Shown: in pieces, positions 49,158 to 57,472 of the stretch | How positions within the stretch are numbered: the first letter of the stretch is position 1 | Layout of the letters: each line of letters starts with the position of its first letter | Assembly: GCA_016839555.1 (NCBI GenBank) | Contig: JAEOUA010000007.1 | Coordinates: 96,001 to 160,000 of the forward strand | DNA length: 64,000 nucleotides | Direction of reading: 5' to 3' | DNA from: Promethearchaeota archaeon | GTDB lineage: Archaea > Asgardarchaeota > Lokiarchaeia > Sigyniarchaeales > SOKP01 | The notes under the pieces: model-generated | The model's database searches: none | Seen by the model: the letters and a program-made list of their open reading frames with translations, nothing else | Told to the model about the DNA's origin: nothing | Program-made: the position numbers and the translations under genes

Positions 49158-50945
49158 ATGAATATCTTTGCAATGTTTTCTTTAAGTGGTGCTATAATTA
49201 CATTTACTCTAGGTCTTTTTATTTATGCTAAAGACTCGAATAAATTATTGAATAGAATTTTTATGTTATTTTGCATTAGTGTTTCTATTCTTAGTTTTTC
49301 TGAATTTGGAATGAGACAAGCTGAAAGTTATGACACCGCAAAGTTTTGGTTTGTCCTAACTGGAATATTCCCTTTATGTGCGTTTTTATTTTTCTATTTT
49401 ACATTGATCTTCTATAAAAAGGATATTTTCAAAAATAAAAAATGGCTTTTTCCAATACTTCTCCCTCTTACTTCAATCATAATTTTTCTAAATTTTACTA
49501 TAACTATTTTTTATAGTAATCCCATAAAAACAAATTGGGGATTTGATTATTCTTTCACTCAAGATGTATTTTTATTTTATCTAACTATTTTAGACTTCTC
49601 TTTCTCAATTGGGCTAATAATTTTTTCAATACTTCTCTATGTCAAGATTTATATCAGTTCAGACGATAAAATAAAGAAAAATCAAGCAAAATTGATATCA
49701 TTTGGGGTAACTATAGCCATTTTAACATTTATTATAATTAGGTTAATAATTCCTATAATAATTCAAACAGATAATATTCCAGATTTGACAATGATGAGTT
49801 TTATTTTTACTTGTATACTTATAAGATATGCAATGTGGAGATATGAATTATTTTCTTTAGACTTAACAACTGCCTCTGAAAGAATTTTTTCTACCATTTC
49901 AGACTGCTTAATTTTAACCAATTCTCAAACCATAATTTTATCGGTCAATCAAGAAGTATTAAAATTACTTGATTATAGAGAAGATGAGATAAAGCAAAGA
50001 CCATTAGCTATTTTACTAGCTTCAGAGCGAGACCAGAAATTATATCAATACCAATACCAGTTGCTCACTGACAAGGAAAATGGAGGGTTCTTAACCGACA
50101 TCGAAGTGGATTTTAAAACTAAAACCAATAATAAAATTAAAGTATCTTTAACCGCCTCTAAAATAATTAATAAAAAAGGAGATTTGCGAGGAATAATACA
50201 TATCGGGAGGAATATTACAAAAACGAGAAAGATACAACAACAACTTGACGAAGCCATTCAAAAATCTCAGTTTAAAACGAAATTTATGGCATCAATGTCC
50301 CACGAGTTAAGAACTCCTTTAAATGCCATTATAGGGTTTGTCGATCTTCTCCTGGAGGATTATTGTGGATCTTTAAATAAATGCCAAAACGACTTTCTTT
50401 CCGATGTCAAACTATCTTCGAAAGATTTACTGGAATTAATCAACAGCCTTCTTGATCTTTCTAAAATCGAAGCGGGTGAATTAGAACTCGAAATTCATAG
50501 CATTAACATAGAAACATTACTGAATCATATTGAAACCATTCTCAAACCATTATGCAGAAAAAAAAACTTAAAATTTAACATTGAGAACTTAACTACTTCA
50601 GAATTCATTAATGCTGATTTAGTGCGGTTAAAGGAAATCTTGTTCAATTTATTAAATAACGCATTAAAATTTACTCAAAAAGGAAGTGTGACCTTGCGAA
50701 TTAAAGAATTATCCAAATGGTTTGAATTTAATGTGATCGATACAGGTATTGGTATTGATGAGAGCGAATATGGTAATATATTTGAAGAATTCAAGAAAAT
50801 CAACAATCCAGAAATTCGAGATTCGCAAGGCATGGGTTTAGGATTAGCCATAACGCAACATTTGGTTAGACTTCACGGAGGGCAAATTTCCTTTTTCAGC
50901 GAAGTTGGAAAGGGGAGCACTTTTGTTTTCACAATACCTAAATAA
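49158..50945 (+). CDS. Membrane (7TM-like) PAS sensor histidine kinase
   Basis: N-terminal TM helices, PAS, SMSHELRTPLN H-box, NLLNNALKFT, DTGIGI, GMGLGLAI. Confidence 0.92.
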   Translation: MNIFAMFSLSGAIITFTLGLFIYAKDSNKLLNRIFMLFCISVSILSFSEFGMRQAESYDTAKFWFVLTGIFPLCAFLFFYFTLIFYKKDIFKNKKWLFPILLPLTSIIIFLNFTITIFYSNPIKTNWGFDYSFTQDVFLFYLTILDFSFSIGLIIFSILLYVKIYISSDDKIKKNQAKLISFGVTIAILTFIIIRLIIPIIIQTDNIPDLTMMSFIFTCILIRYAMWRYELFSLDLTTASERIFSTISDCLILTNSQTIILSVNQEVLKLLDYREDEIKQRPLAILLASERDQKLYQYQYQLLTDKENGGFLTDIEVDFKTKTNNKIKVSLTASKIINKKGDLRGIIHIGRNITKTRKIQQQLDEAIQKSQFKTKFMASMSHELRTPLNAIIGFVDLLLEDYCGSLNKCQNDFLSDVKLSSKDLLELINSLLDLSKIEAGELELEIHSINIETLLNHIETILKPLCRKKNLKFNIENLTTSEFINADLVRLKEILFNLLNNALKFTQKGSVTLRIKELSKWFEFNVIDTGIGIDESEYGNIFEEFKKINNPEIRDSQGMGLGLAITQHLVRLHGGQISFFSEVGKGSTFVFTIPK

Positions 50946-51201
50946 AAATAACTAACAAAAATCAATATAACAACTCATTTTCCTTATATAATCAAAAATT
51001 TTCTATAATTAATAGAGATAATGAACTTGACGCAATTCGGGAAAATCATTAATAAAATAATAACTATTATTTTTTCATAGTAAAAAATTAATACGAGATA
51101 TAAAAAAATACGGATTTTTCCATAAGTTCATTAGTAAGTAATATAGATGTTTAATAAAAATTAAAAATAGTCATAATATTTAGAATAAAAAAAAGCAATT
51201 A

Positions 51202-51432
51202 TTATGAAATGTTATTTAAATAAATAGTTAATTTAGCAAAACTTTCTTTTATTTCTGCTTTAAAGCCCATCCCATTTAATACCTCGAGTAAAAATTCTTT
51301 TATAAACTTTTTTGATATATCTGAACCCAATAATAATGTATATCTTGTAGTAGATTCTTTCAGAATTTTAAAAAAATTACAAGTTTCTAATCGTTTCACC
51401 ACAGCGTCAATACTTTTTTCAGTTTCACTAAA
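51202..51432 (-). pseudogene. Probable 3' remnant of a truncated gene
   Basis: Protein-like frame FSETEKSIDAVVKRLETCNFFK...LTIYLNNIS is bounded upstream by TAA (51433-51435), 16 bp from the divergent Lrp ATG. Confidence 0.4.
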
Positions 51433-51448
51433 TTATTTTAAACATATT

Positions 51449-51910
51449 ATGGAGTTAGAAAAATTAGATCTAGAAATTCTAAAAATCTTGAGTAAGGATG
51501 GGAGAAGATCTTTAAGGAGGTTAGCAGAAGAATTAGATAAATCTCCCACCACTATTAAAAAGCATTTGGATGATTTATAAAAAGAAGGTTTTATAAAGAA
51601 TTATGGGGTATCATTAAATTATGACAAATTGGGTTATAAGGAGATTGCATTAATAGAACTTACAATTGATAAAGGAATGATGATCGAGGTGGAGGAAATA
51701 ATCTCTCAAGATCCACATATTTTTGGTGTGTTTGATATAACAGGGGAATATGATGCTGCCATATTAGCTAGATTTAAGACAAAAGAAGATTTGAGCCAAT
51801 TAATAAAAAAAATTAATACTAATGAATTTGTTTTACAAACAAATACTCAAATTATCCTTAATGTGATAAAAGATGGATTGGATTTTTGTAAATTAATACA
51901 AAATGAATAG
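51449..51910 (+). pseudogene. Lrp/AsnC transcription regulator interrupted by one in-frame TAA
   Basis: MELEKLDLEILKILSKDGRRSLRRLAEELDKSPTTIKKHLDDL*KEGFIKNY...KLGY...DITGEYD; TAA at 51578-51580, same frame on both sides. Confidence 0.85.
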
Positions 51911-52027
51911 GAAAAATGAGTTTTAATATTAAAAAATAGTGATTAAATAGATTTTTAATGATAGTTTAAAAAAAAATTGATGGTTATTCAAAAATTAAAC
52001 ATATTCTAAGAAAAATTCATGTGAGTT

Positions 52028-52825
52028 TTAGATGAGTTCTCCACAATAATTCCCTCCAAATGGTCTTTTTGATATGGGTTTGATTACTTTAAAGGGTTTT
52101 TGATCAATAATTTCCCTAGGTATATTAAAAATATTGCAGAATTCATCTAAGTATGGTCTTATTTGCCTTAAATCCTCTTTAGTTACACCAAATATTTTTG
52201 CTCCAATTCCCAATTTTTCTTTTAATTTTTCATTTGTCCGAAGTAAAATCCACCCTCTATGCATTCCAGTACCAAGTTCGCCCCCACAGATCGGTTGATT
52301 ACTTTCTATTACGCTTCCATCGGAGAGGGTTTTTAAACCTAACACAATAATTATCCCTCCAGCCATATATTCTCCTAGAAAATCTTTCGCAGTTCCTCCT
52401 ATGATTAAGATTGGATGTTTATGTTCGTATTCTTTGATATGGATACCTACTCGATAACCAACATCATTTTTAATAAAAATTTTTCCTCCCCTCGCAGATA
52501 ATCCAATTACATCTCCACAATCTCCGTGAATAATCAAATTTCCATCATTCATTGTATTTCCTGCTTGATCTTCACAATTTCCATTAACGATTATGGTTGG
52601 CCCATCCATAAAGATTCCTAGATCATTTCCAGGTAAACCGTTGATAATTATTTCTATATCTCCTTGTAAAGATGCTCCAATAAACCGTTGTCCACAAACA
52701 TTATTGAGGATAATTTTGTCTTTTCCCTTATCTAATGCTTTATGAATTTGTTCATTTAGATTTTTATAACCTAAAGGTTTTCCATTAGGTATTGCATCTA
52801 TTTCTATTACATTATTATTTGACAT
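52028..52825 (-). CDS. gltB3: Glutamate synthase GXGXG beta-helix subunit (GltB3)
   Basis: GQRFIG, GLPGNDLG, GNTMNDG, FLGEYMAGG, GTGMHRG. Confidence 0.88.
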   Translation of the reverse strand: MSNNNVIEIDAIPNGKPLGYKNLNEQIHKALDKGKDKIILNNVCGQRFIGASLQGDIEIIINGLPGNDLGIFMDGPTIIVNGNCEDQAGNTMNDGNLIIHGDCGDVIGLSARGGKIFIKNDVGYRVGIHIKEYEHKHPILIIGGTAKDFLGEYMAGGIIIVLGLKTLSDGSVIESNQPICGGELGTGMHRGWILLRTNEKLKEKLGIGAKIFGVTKEDLRQIRPYLDEFCNIFNIPREIIDQKPFKVIKPISKRPFGGNYCGELI

Positions 52826-52851
52826 AATTATTTCCTCTCCTTTTTTTCTTA

Positions 52852-54375
52852 TTATTCTCCAGCGTGTTTAACGCCTAATATATCTGCTATTCTTGGATTT
52901 GGCCCGATATATCTGAGTCTGTCTCTATTAGAGCGCAATGATTCTACGGAGTCTATGCCCATTGCCCCTAGAACTTCTTTCAATTCCTCATTCCAGCTAT
53001 GAAAAAGATTAATAATCCTGTTTCGAGCCATATCTATATCCAATCGTCTAACGAGATACTCTTGTTGAGTTGCAATACCCCATGAACAAAGTCCTCGAAA
53101 GCATTGTTGACAGACGCGACATCCCATAGCTATTAACACAGGCATACCTACCATACAAACATCAGCTCCTAATGCAATGGCTTTAATTAAGTCTGCTGAA
53201 TATCTGATTGAACCCCCTGCCACAAGTGTAATTTGATCTCGCAGATTTTCCTGACGTAAACGCTCATCCACAGCAGCGATTGCTAATTCTATAGGAATGC
53301 CCGCATGATCTCTTATAATTCGAGGGGCAGCACCGGTACCCCCTCTAAAACCATCGAGCGTAATAAAATCCGCACCGCCTCTGACTATTCCCACAGCAAT
53401 AGGGGCAGAATTATGAACAGCCGCTATTTTTACTCCTATAGGGACTTTATATCGTGTTGCCTCTTTTAATGCTGCTATTAATTGGGCTAAATCTTCTATT
53501 GAATAGATATCATGATGAGGATAAGGACTTAATGCATCAGAACCTTTAGGAATCATACGAGTTTGAGAAATTAAACTGTTAACTTTCTCACCTGGAAGAT
53601 GTCCCCCATGACCAGGTTTCGCTCCTTGTCCGATTTTAATTTCTATTCCAGCTGCATTTTTAAGATAATTGATATCTACGCCAAATCTCCCCGAAGCTAT
53701 TTCAGTAATAATATTAGGACCGTATTCATAAAAATCTTGATGTAGTCCACCTTCACCTGAACCCGCTAATATGTTTAACTCTTTAACTGCTTGATAAATC
53801 GCCATAACAGCATTATAACTTATTGAGCCAAGACTCATATGGCCAACCATTATAGGCATAGCAATCTCGAAATTAGGTGAAAAATCTGTTTTGAGTGAAA
53901 TTTCATCTGGGTCATCTAAATTATAGCAAAATTCTAGCTTTTCTGGTTTCCGTCCAAAAAAAATTTTTGTTTCAATAGTCTCTCTTAATGGATCAATGGC
54001 AGGATTAGTAACTTGGCAAGCATCGAGCAACAAATCGTCAAAAATAACTGGAATTGGACGATCATTTCCAGTAGCAGAAAGTAACACCCCACCATCTCCT
54101 GCTTGCCTCCAAATTATATTTCGAATTCTTCTCGTGTAATTACCATGAGGAGGTAAATAAGAATCATTTCTTACAATTCTTATGGCTTTATCAGGGCACA
54201 TTGCTACACATCGATTACACGCAACACATTTTGAATCATCTGAAACTATTCTTTCACCATTAAAAGAAAGTGCACCATAGCTGCAGTGCGTTGTGCAACG
54301 CTTGCATTTTTTACAAGATTCTTGGTCTATTTTAACTTTGAAGTAAGATGGTATTTTGTGAGCTAATGAAGACAT
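52852..54375 (-). CDS. gltB2: Glutamate synthase FMN-binding subunit with N-terminal 2x[4Fe-4S] ferredoxin (GltB2)
   Basis: MSLGSIS, SGEGG, ASGRFGV, EIKIGQGAKPGHGGHLPGEKV, PHHDIYSIEDL, GCRVCQQCFRGLCSWGIATQ. Confidence 0.93.
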   Translation of the reverse strand: MSSLAHKIPSYFKVKIDQESCKKCKRCTTHCSYGALSFNGERIVSDDSKCVACNRCVAMCPDKAIRIVRNDSYLPPHGNYTRRIRNIIWRQAGDGGVLLSATGNDRPIPVIFDDLLLDACQVTNPAIDPLRETIETKIFFGRKPEKLEFCYNLDDPDEISLKTDFSPNFEIAMPIMVGHMSLGSISYNAVMAIYQAVKELNILAGSGEGGLHQDFYEYGPNIITEIASGRFGVDINYLKNAAGIEIKIGQGAKPGHGGHLPGEKVNSLISQTRMIPKGSDALSPYPHHDIYSIEDLAQLIAALKEATRYKVPIGVKIAAVHNSAPIAVGIVRGGADFITLDGFRGGTGAAPRIIRDHAGIPIELAIAAVDERLRQENLRDQITLVAGGSIRYSADLIKAIALGADVCMVGMPVLIAMGCRVCQQCFRGLCSWGIATQQEYLVRRLDIDMARNRIINLFHSWNEELKEVLGAMGIDSVESLRSNRDRLRYIGPNPRIADILGVKHAGE

Positions 54376-55574
54376 TATGAATTACCTCCCATAATAGTTA
54401 ATTTAATTTTTTCAAATGGTTGTTTGAGTCCATCATTAATTAATCCCTCGCCCACTCTTGCAATAATAGCTGTCCCACTTTTAGGATGCCAAATCTCTTT
54501 AAAATTAAATCCGTTGCTGGAATCTAAGATAAGGCGTCTAAAGGAGGCTTCTTCACTGCTCAGAAATATAGTATTTTCATCATCTGATAATCCTGCCACG
54601 AGAGGGCGGAGTTTTTTTCTATCAGAAAGACCAATTAGAGTAGGAATTGGATCCGTCATCCCAACTACAATAGAGAAGGGACCATTTAACATAGTAGATC
54701 GATAAGTTGCTCTTAAATTTTTTAGAATATATTGATATTTTTTATCCATTTGGTTAATCTCTTTAAATAATGGAGGTGCTAATGCAATAGTCGTGATTGA
54801 AAGAGGTATTTTATGTTTTCTTACTAATAAATCGAAAAGATAAGCAATAACCTCAGTGTCAGTTTTTAAGGTACATTTATATCCAAATGATTCTAAGTAT
54901 CGCATATTAGTACCATAAGATGTAATTTCCCCATTATGAACTACACTTGTTCCTAAAAGATTGAATGGGTGTGCGCCACCCCACCATCCAGGTGTATTTG
55001 TCGGAAATCTACTATGTGCTAGCCACATATAAGCTTTATAATCTTTAATATTATAAAAGTCTGCAATTTCATAAGACCATCCATTTCCTTTAAAGACCCC
55101 CATATTTTTACCAGATGACATAATATAAGCCCCTTCGAAGTTGGAATTAATATCCATGACCAATTGGACGACTTCTTCATCAGGCGAAACACTTTTCATC
55201 TCTTTTGGTTCATAGAATACTCGCCAAGTGATAGGTGGAAAATCAATATGTCCGGGAACTTTCGTTGGGATGGCTTCAGAATGAATAATATAACCCATTT
55301 TTTCTAGATGGTTTATAACATGTTCCTTGCATTTTTCATGGTCAAATAAAAAATGAAGAGCATAATAATCTTTATATTTTGGATAAATTCCATAGCCTGC
55401 AAAACCAGCACCTAATCCGTTTTCTCTTTCACTTAAAATACAAAGCATATCAAATACTTTTTGTCCACTTTCTCTTTCACTGTTTAAATTTAAAAAGCCA
55501 GAAATTCCACATCCGTCAAAAACTCTTTCATTTCGAAAAAGCTCTGGTAAAGAAGTATAATTTTTCCAAATCAT
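54375..55574 (-). CDS. gltB1: Glutamate synthase class II glutamine amidotransferase subunit (GltB1)
   Basis: DGCGISG (Ntn Cys after a short propeptide), HSRFPTNT, AHPF, HNGEI, DTEV, GPFS, DRKKLRP. Confidence 0.9.
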   Translation of the reverse strand: MIWKNYTSLPELFRNERVFDGCGISGFLNLNSERESGQKVFDMLCILSERENGLGAGFAGYGIYPKYKDYYALHFLFDHEKCKEHVINHLEKMGYIIHSEAIPTKVPGHIDFPPITWRVFYEPKEMKSVSPDEEVVQLVMDINSNFEGAYIMSSGKNMGVFKGNGWSYEIADFYNIKDYKAYMWLAHSRFPTNTPGWWGGAHPFNLLGTSVVHNGEITSYGTNMRYLESFGYKCTLKTDTEVIAYLFDLLVRKHKIPLSITTIALAPPLFKEINQMDKKYQYILKNLRATYRSTMLNGPFSIVVGMTDPIPTLIGLSDRKKLRPLVAGLSDDENTIFLSSEEASFRRLILDSSNGFNFKEIWHPKSGTAIIARVGEGLINDGLKQPFEKIKLTIMGGNS

Positions 55575-55594
55575 TTTCTTGTTGTTTTCTCAAT

Positions 55595-56926
55595 TTATTT
55601 ATTATTTTTTACTTTATTAATTAAAACTTTCAAATCTTCAAGCTCTGGTTTAACCGTTTCTAAACCAACTCGTTGGCGAGCGACTTTCGAAAACATAGTA
55701 ACAATCCCTTCTTTTTCAAAAGTGGTTAGTTCATCTTTAAACCCATCAGCAATAAATCCTCTTTCTTTAGCTAAATTACGTAAAATGGTAAACAACTCAA
55801 CTAATCCAATCTTCATAGGACAAAGTTCATAACAAACATAACAATCAAGGCATAACCAAATCGATGGATCTTCAATTACTTTATCAATCTTTCCGTTTAG
55901 AATCTTTTTAACTATTTTTTGTGGATTGAATTCTTGCGGCAAATATTTTGCTACTGGACAGTCATTATTACACGCACCACAAGAATAGCAGGTTTTTAAA
56001 AATTCCAAGTTGAAATATTTCTCTATTTCTTTATTTTTTTGATGGATATCATCGATTTTTTCAAATATACCATTAACTTGAGTTCGATGATACTTCTTTA
56101 TCATATTTTTTATATCTAAGCCTAATGCTATACATAATAATTCCGAATAATAAAGCACGGGAATGTCAAAATCATAATCTAACTTTTTTAATTCTTTCTG
56201 GAGATGATCAAATTGAATAAAACATTGAGGACATCCTACAACAATTACATCAACATTTTCTTTTTTCATACTTTCTAGTTTAGTCAAGACCATTTCTAAC
56301 CCAGAATCAGGATTTCCGGCTCTTGCAAGACTGCCTCCGCAACAATCCATTTTATGAATATAGTCCACGCTTTTTGCTCCAAGATCTTCAATTAATTTAT
56401 CAAACATATGTGGTTCCATAGGATCATCCATTTGTATTTTATTGCTGGGTCGAAGGAAGTGGCATCCATAATGCACTGCAACCCGTAGTCCATTTAATTG
56501 ATATTTAATTTTTTCTTTTATAACATCACTACCCAATTTATGAAAAAATTCAATTAAATGATACACATCTGAAGCACCCTCAACGTGTAAATCAATATTT
56601 TTTAAATATTTATTCATCTTATTCCTGAAATGACTATCGACCTTTATTTCACTCCGGATTCCTTTTAAAGTCTCAAAACATCCATTACATGGAGTTAGTA
56701 TATCTTTTTTGTCTTTTTCAGCTATGCCAAGGTTCCTAGATGCGGTTATATTATAAATTAATTGATTTGAATTTTTAATTCCGTTTGGTTCCGGACAACA
56801 TGAAAATCTATTACTTTCTGTATATTGGATATTGAATGATTCTAAAGCTTTTTTAACGGATATCTCTATAAACGGTAAACGATATGAAATCATACATCCA
56901 GGAAATAAGATTATATTATCTCTAAT
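55595..56926 (-). CDS. hdrBC: Heterodisulfide reductase HdrB-HdrC fusion protein, probable ATT start
   Basis: Two CCG domains (FPGC...SCCP...PCNGC; HYGCH...CCGG...CPQC) and HdrC-like CYSCGACNNDCP / WLCLDCYVCYELCP; the first Cys (IILFPGC) lies upstream of the ATG at 56893; GAGG 10 nt before ATT at 56926. Confidence 0.85.
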   Translation of the reverse strand: MRDNIILFPGCMISYRLPFIEISVKKALESFNIQYTESNRFSCCPEPNGIKNSNQLIYNITASRNLGIAEKDKKDILTPCNGCFETLKGIRSEIKVDSHFRNKMNKYLKNIDLHVEGASDVYHLIEFFHKLGSDVIKEKIKYQLNGLRVAVHYGCHFLRPSNKIQMDDPMEPHMFDKLIEDLGAKSVDYIHKMDCCGGSLARAGNPDSGLEMVLTKLESMKKENVDVIVVGCPQCFIQFDHLQKELKKLDYDFDIPVLYYSELLCIALGLDIKNMIKKYHRTQVNGIFEKIDDIHQKNKEIEKYFNLEFLKTCYSCGACNNDCPVAKYLPQEFNPQKIVKKILNGKIDKVIEDPSIWLCLDCYVCYELCPMKIGLVELFTILRNLAKERGFIADGFKDELTTFEKEGIVTMFSKVARQRVGLETVKPELEDLKVLINKVKNNK

Positions 56927-57472
56927 TGTTTTGAATCCTCGCTTTGGAAAATATATATATTCTTTAACTATATTATATTTAACTTAAATAACTATATTAT
57001 CTCACATAATATAAAGTTTTCTATTAGATAAAAAAAAAATTTATTTTTACAAAATTATTCTCATATAACATGCGTATATGCAAAGTTATATTGGTTATAT
57101 TATGTATTTTGTAAAAAAATAAGAATATAGAATTAGAATATTTAATTTTTTTCTAATATATTGTTTCATTAATATTTTTTAATATTTTATTCATTTATTG
57201 TTGATCACTTTATTAAAATTCTATTTTTTGCTTTAATTTATTAATAGGTTCTAAATATTTAGATCTGAAAATGTAAAATAAAAATTTTAACTCTCATTCG
57301 AATAAATATTTAATTATTTTGCTATGTTTAAAGATTTTAATAATTTTGTAAATAATTTTATGTTTTCTTCATTATATAGAGTCCCAATTAATTTTAATAT
57401 TGATAAAATTAGCTTTATTTTACAGTATTTCTAAAGATCTTTCTTGTTTTCAATAAAAAAATTGTTGCTATT

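Noticed and set aside
48777-51910. In-frame stops as selenocysteine, pyrrolysine or alternative-code recoding
   Set aside because: The stops are mostly TAA at non-catalytic positions, and TAA/TAG/TGA all end normal genes in this window.
55595-56926. HdrBC as evidence for methanogenesis
   Set aside because: No mcr, mtr or hdrA in the window; Hdr-like proteins are common in non-methanogenic anaerobes.
56965-57100. TAACTATATTAT direct repeat (56965, 56989) and TATATTAT-N5-ATAATATA palindrome upstream of the GOGAT operon as a nitrogen operator
   Set aside because: Plausible, but nearly pure A/T in a very AT-rich region. I found no matching site at amt or carA and no NrpR-type GGAA-N6-TTCC.
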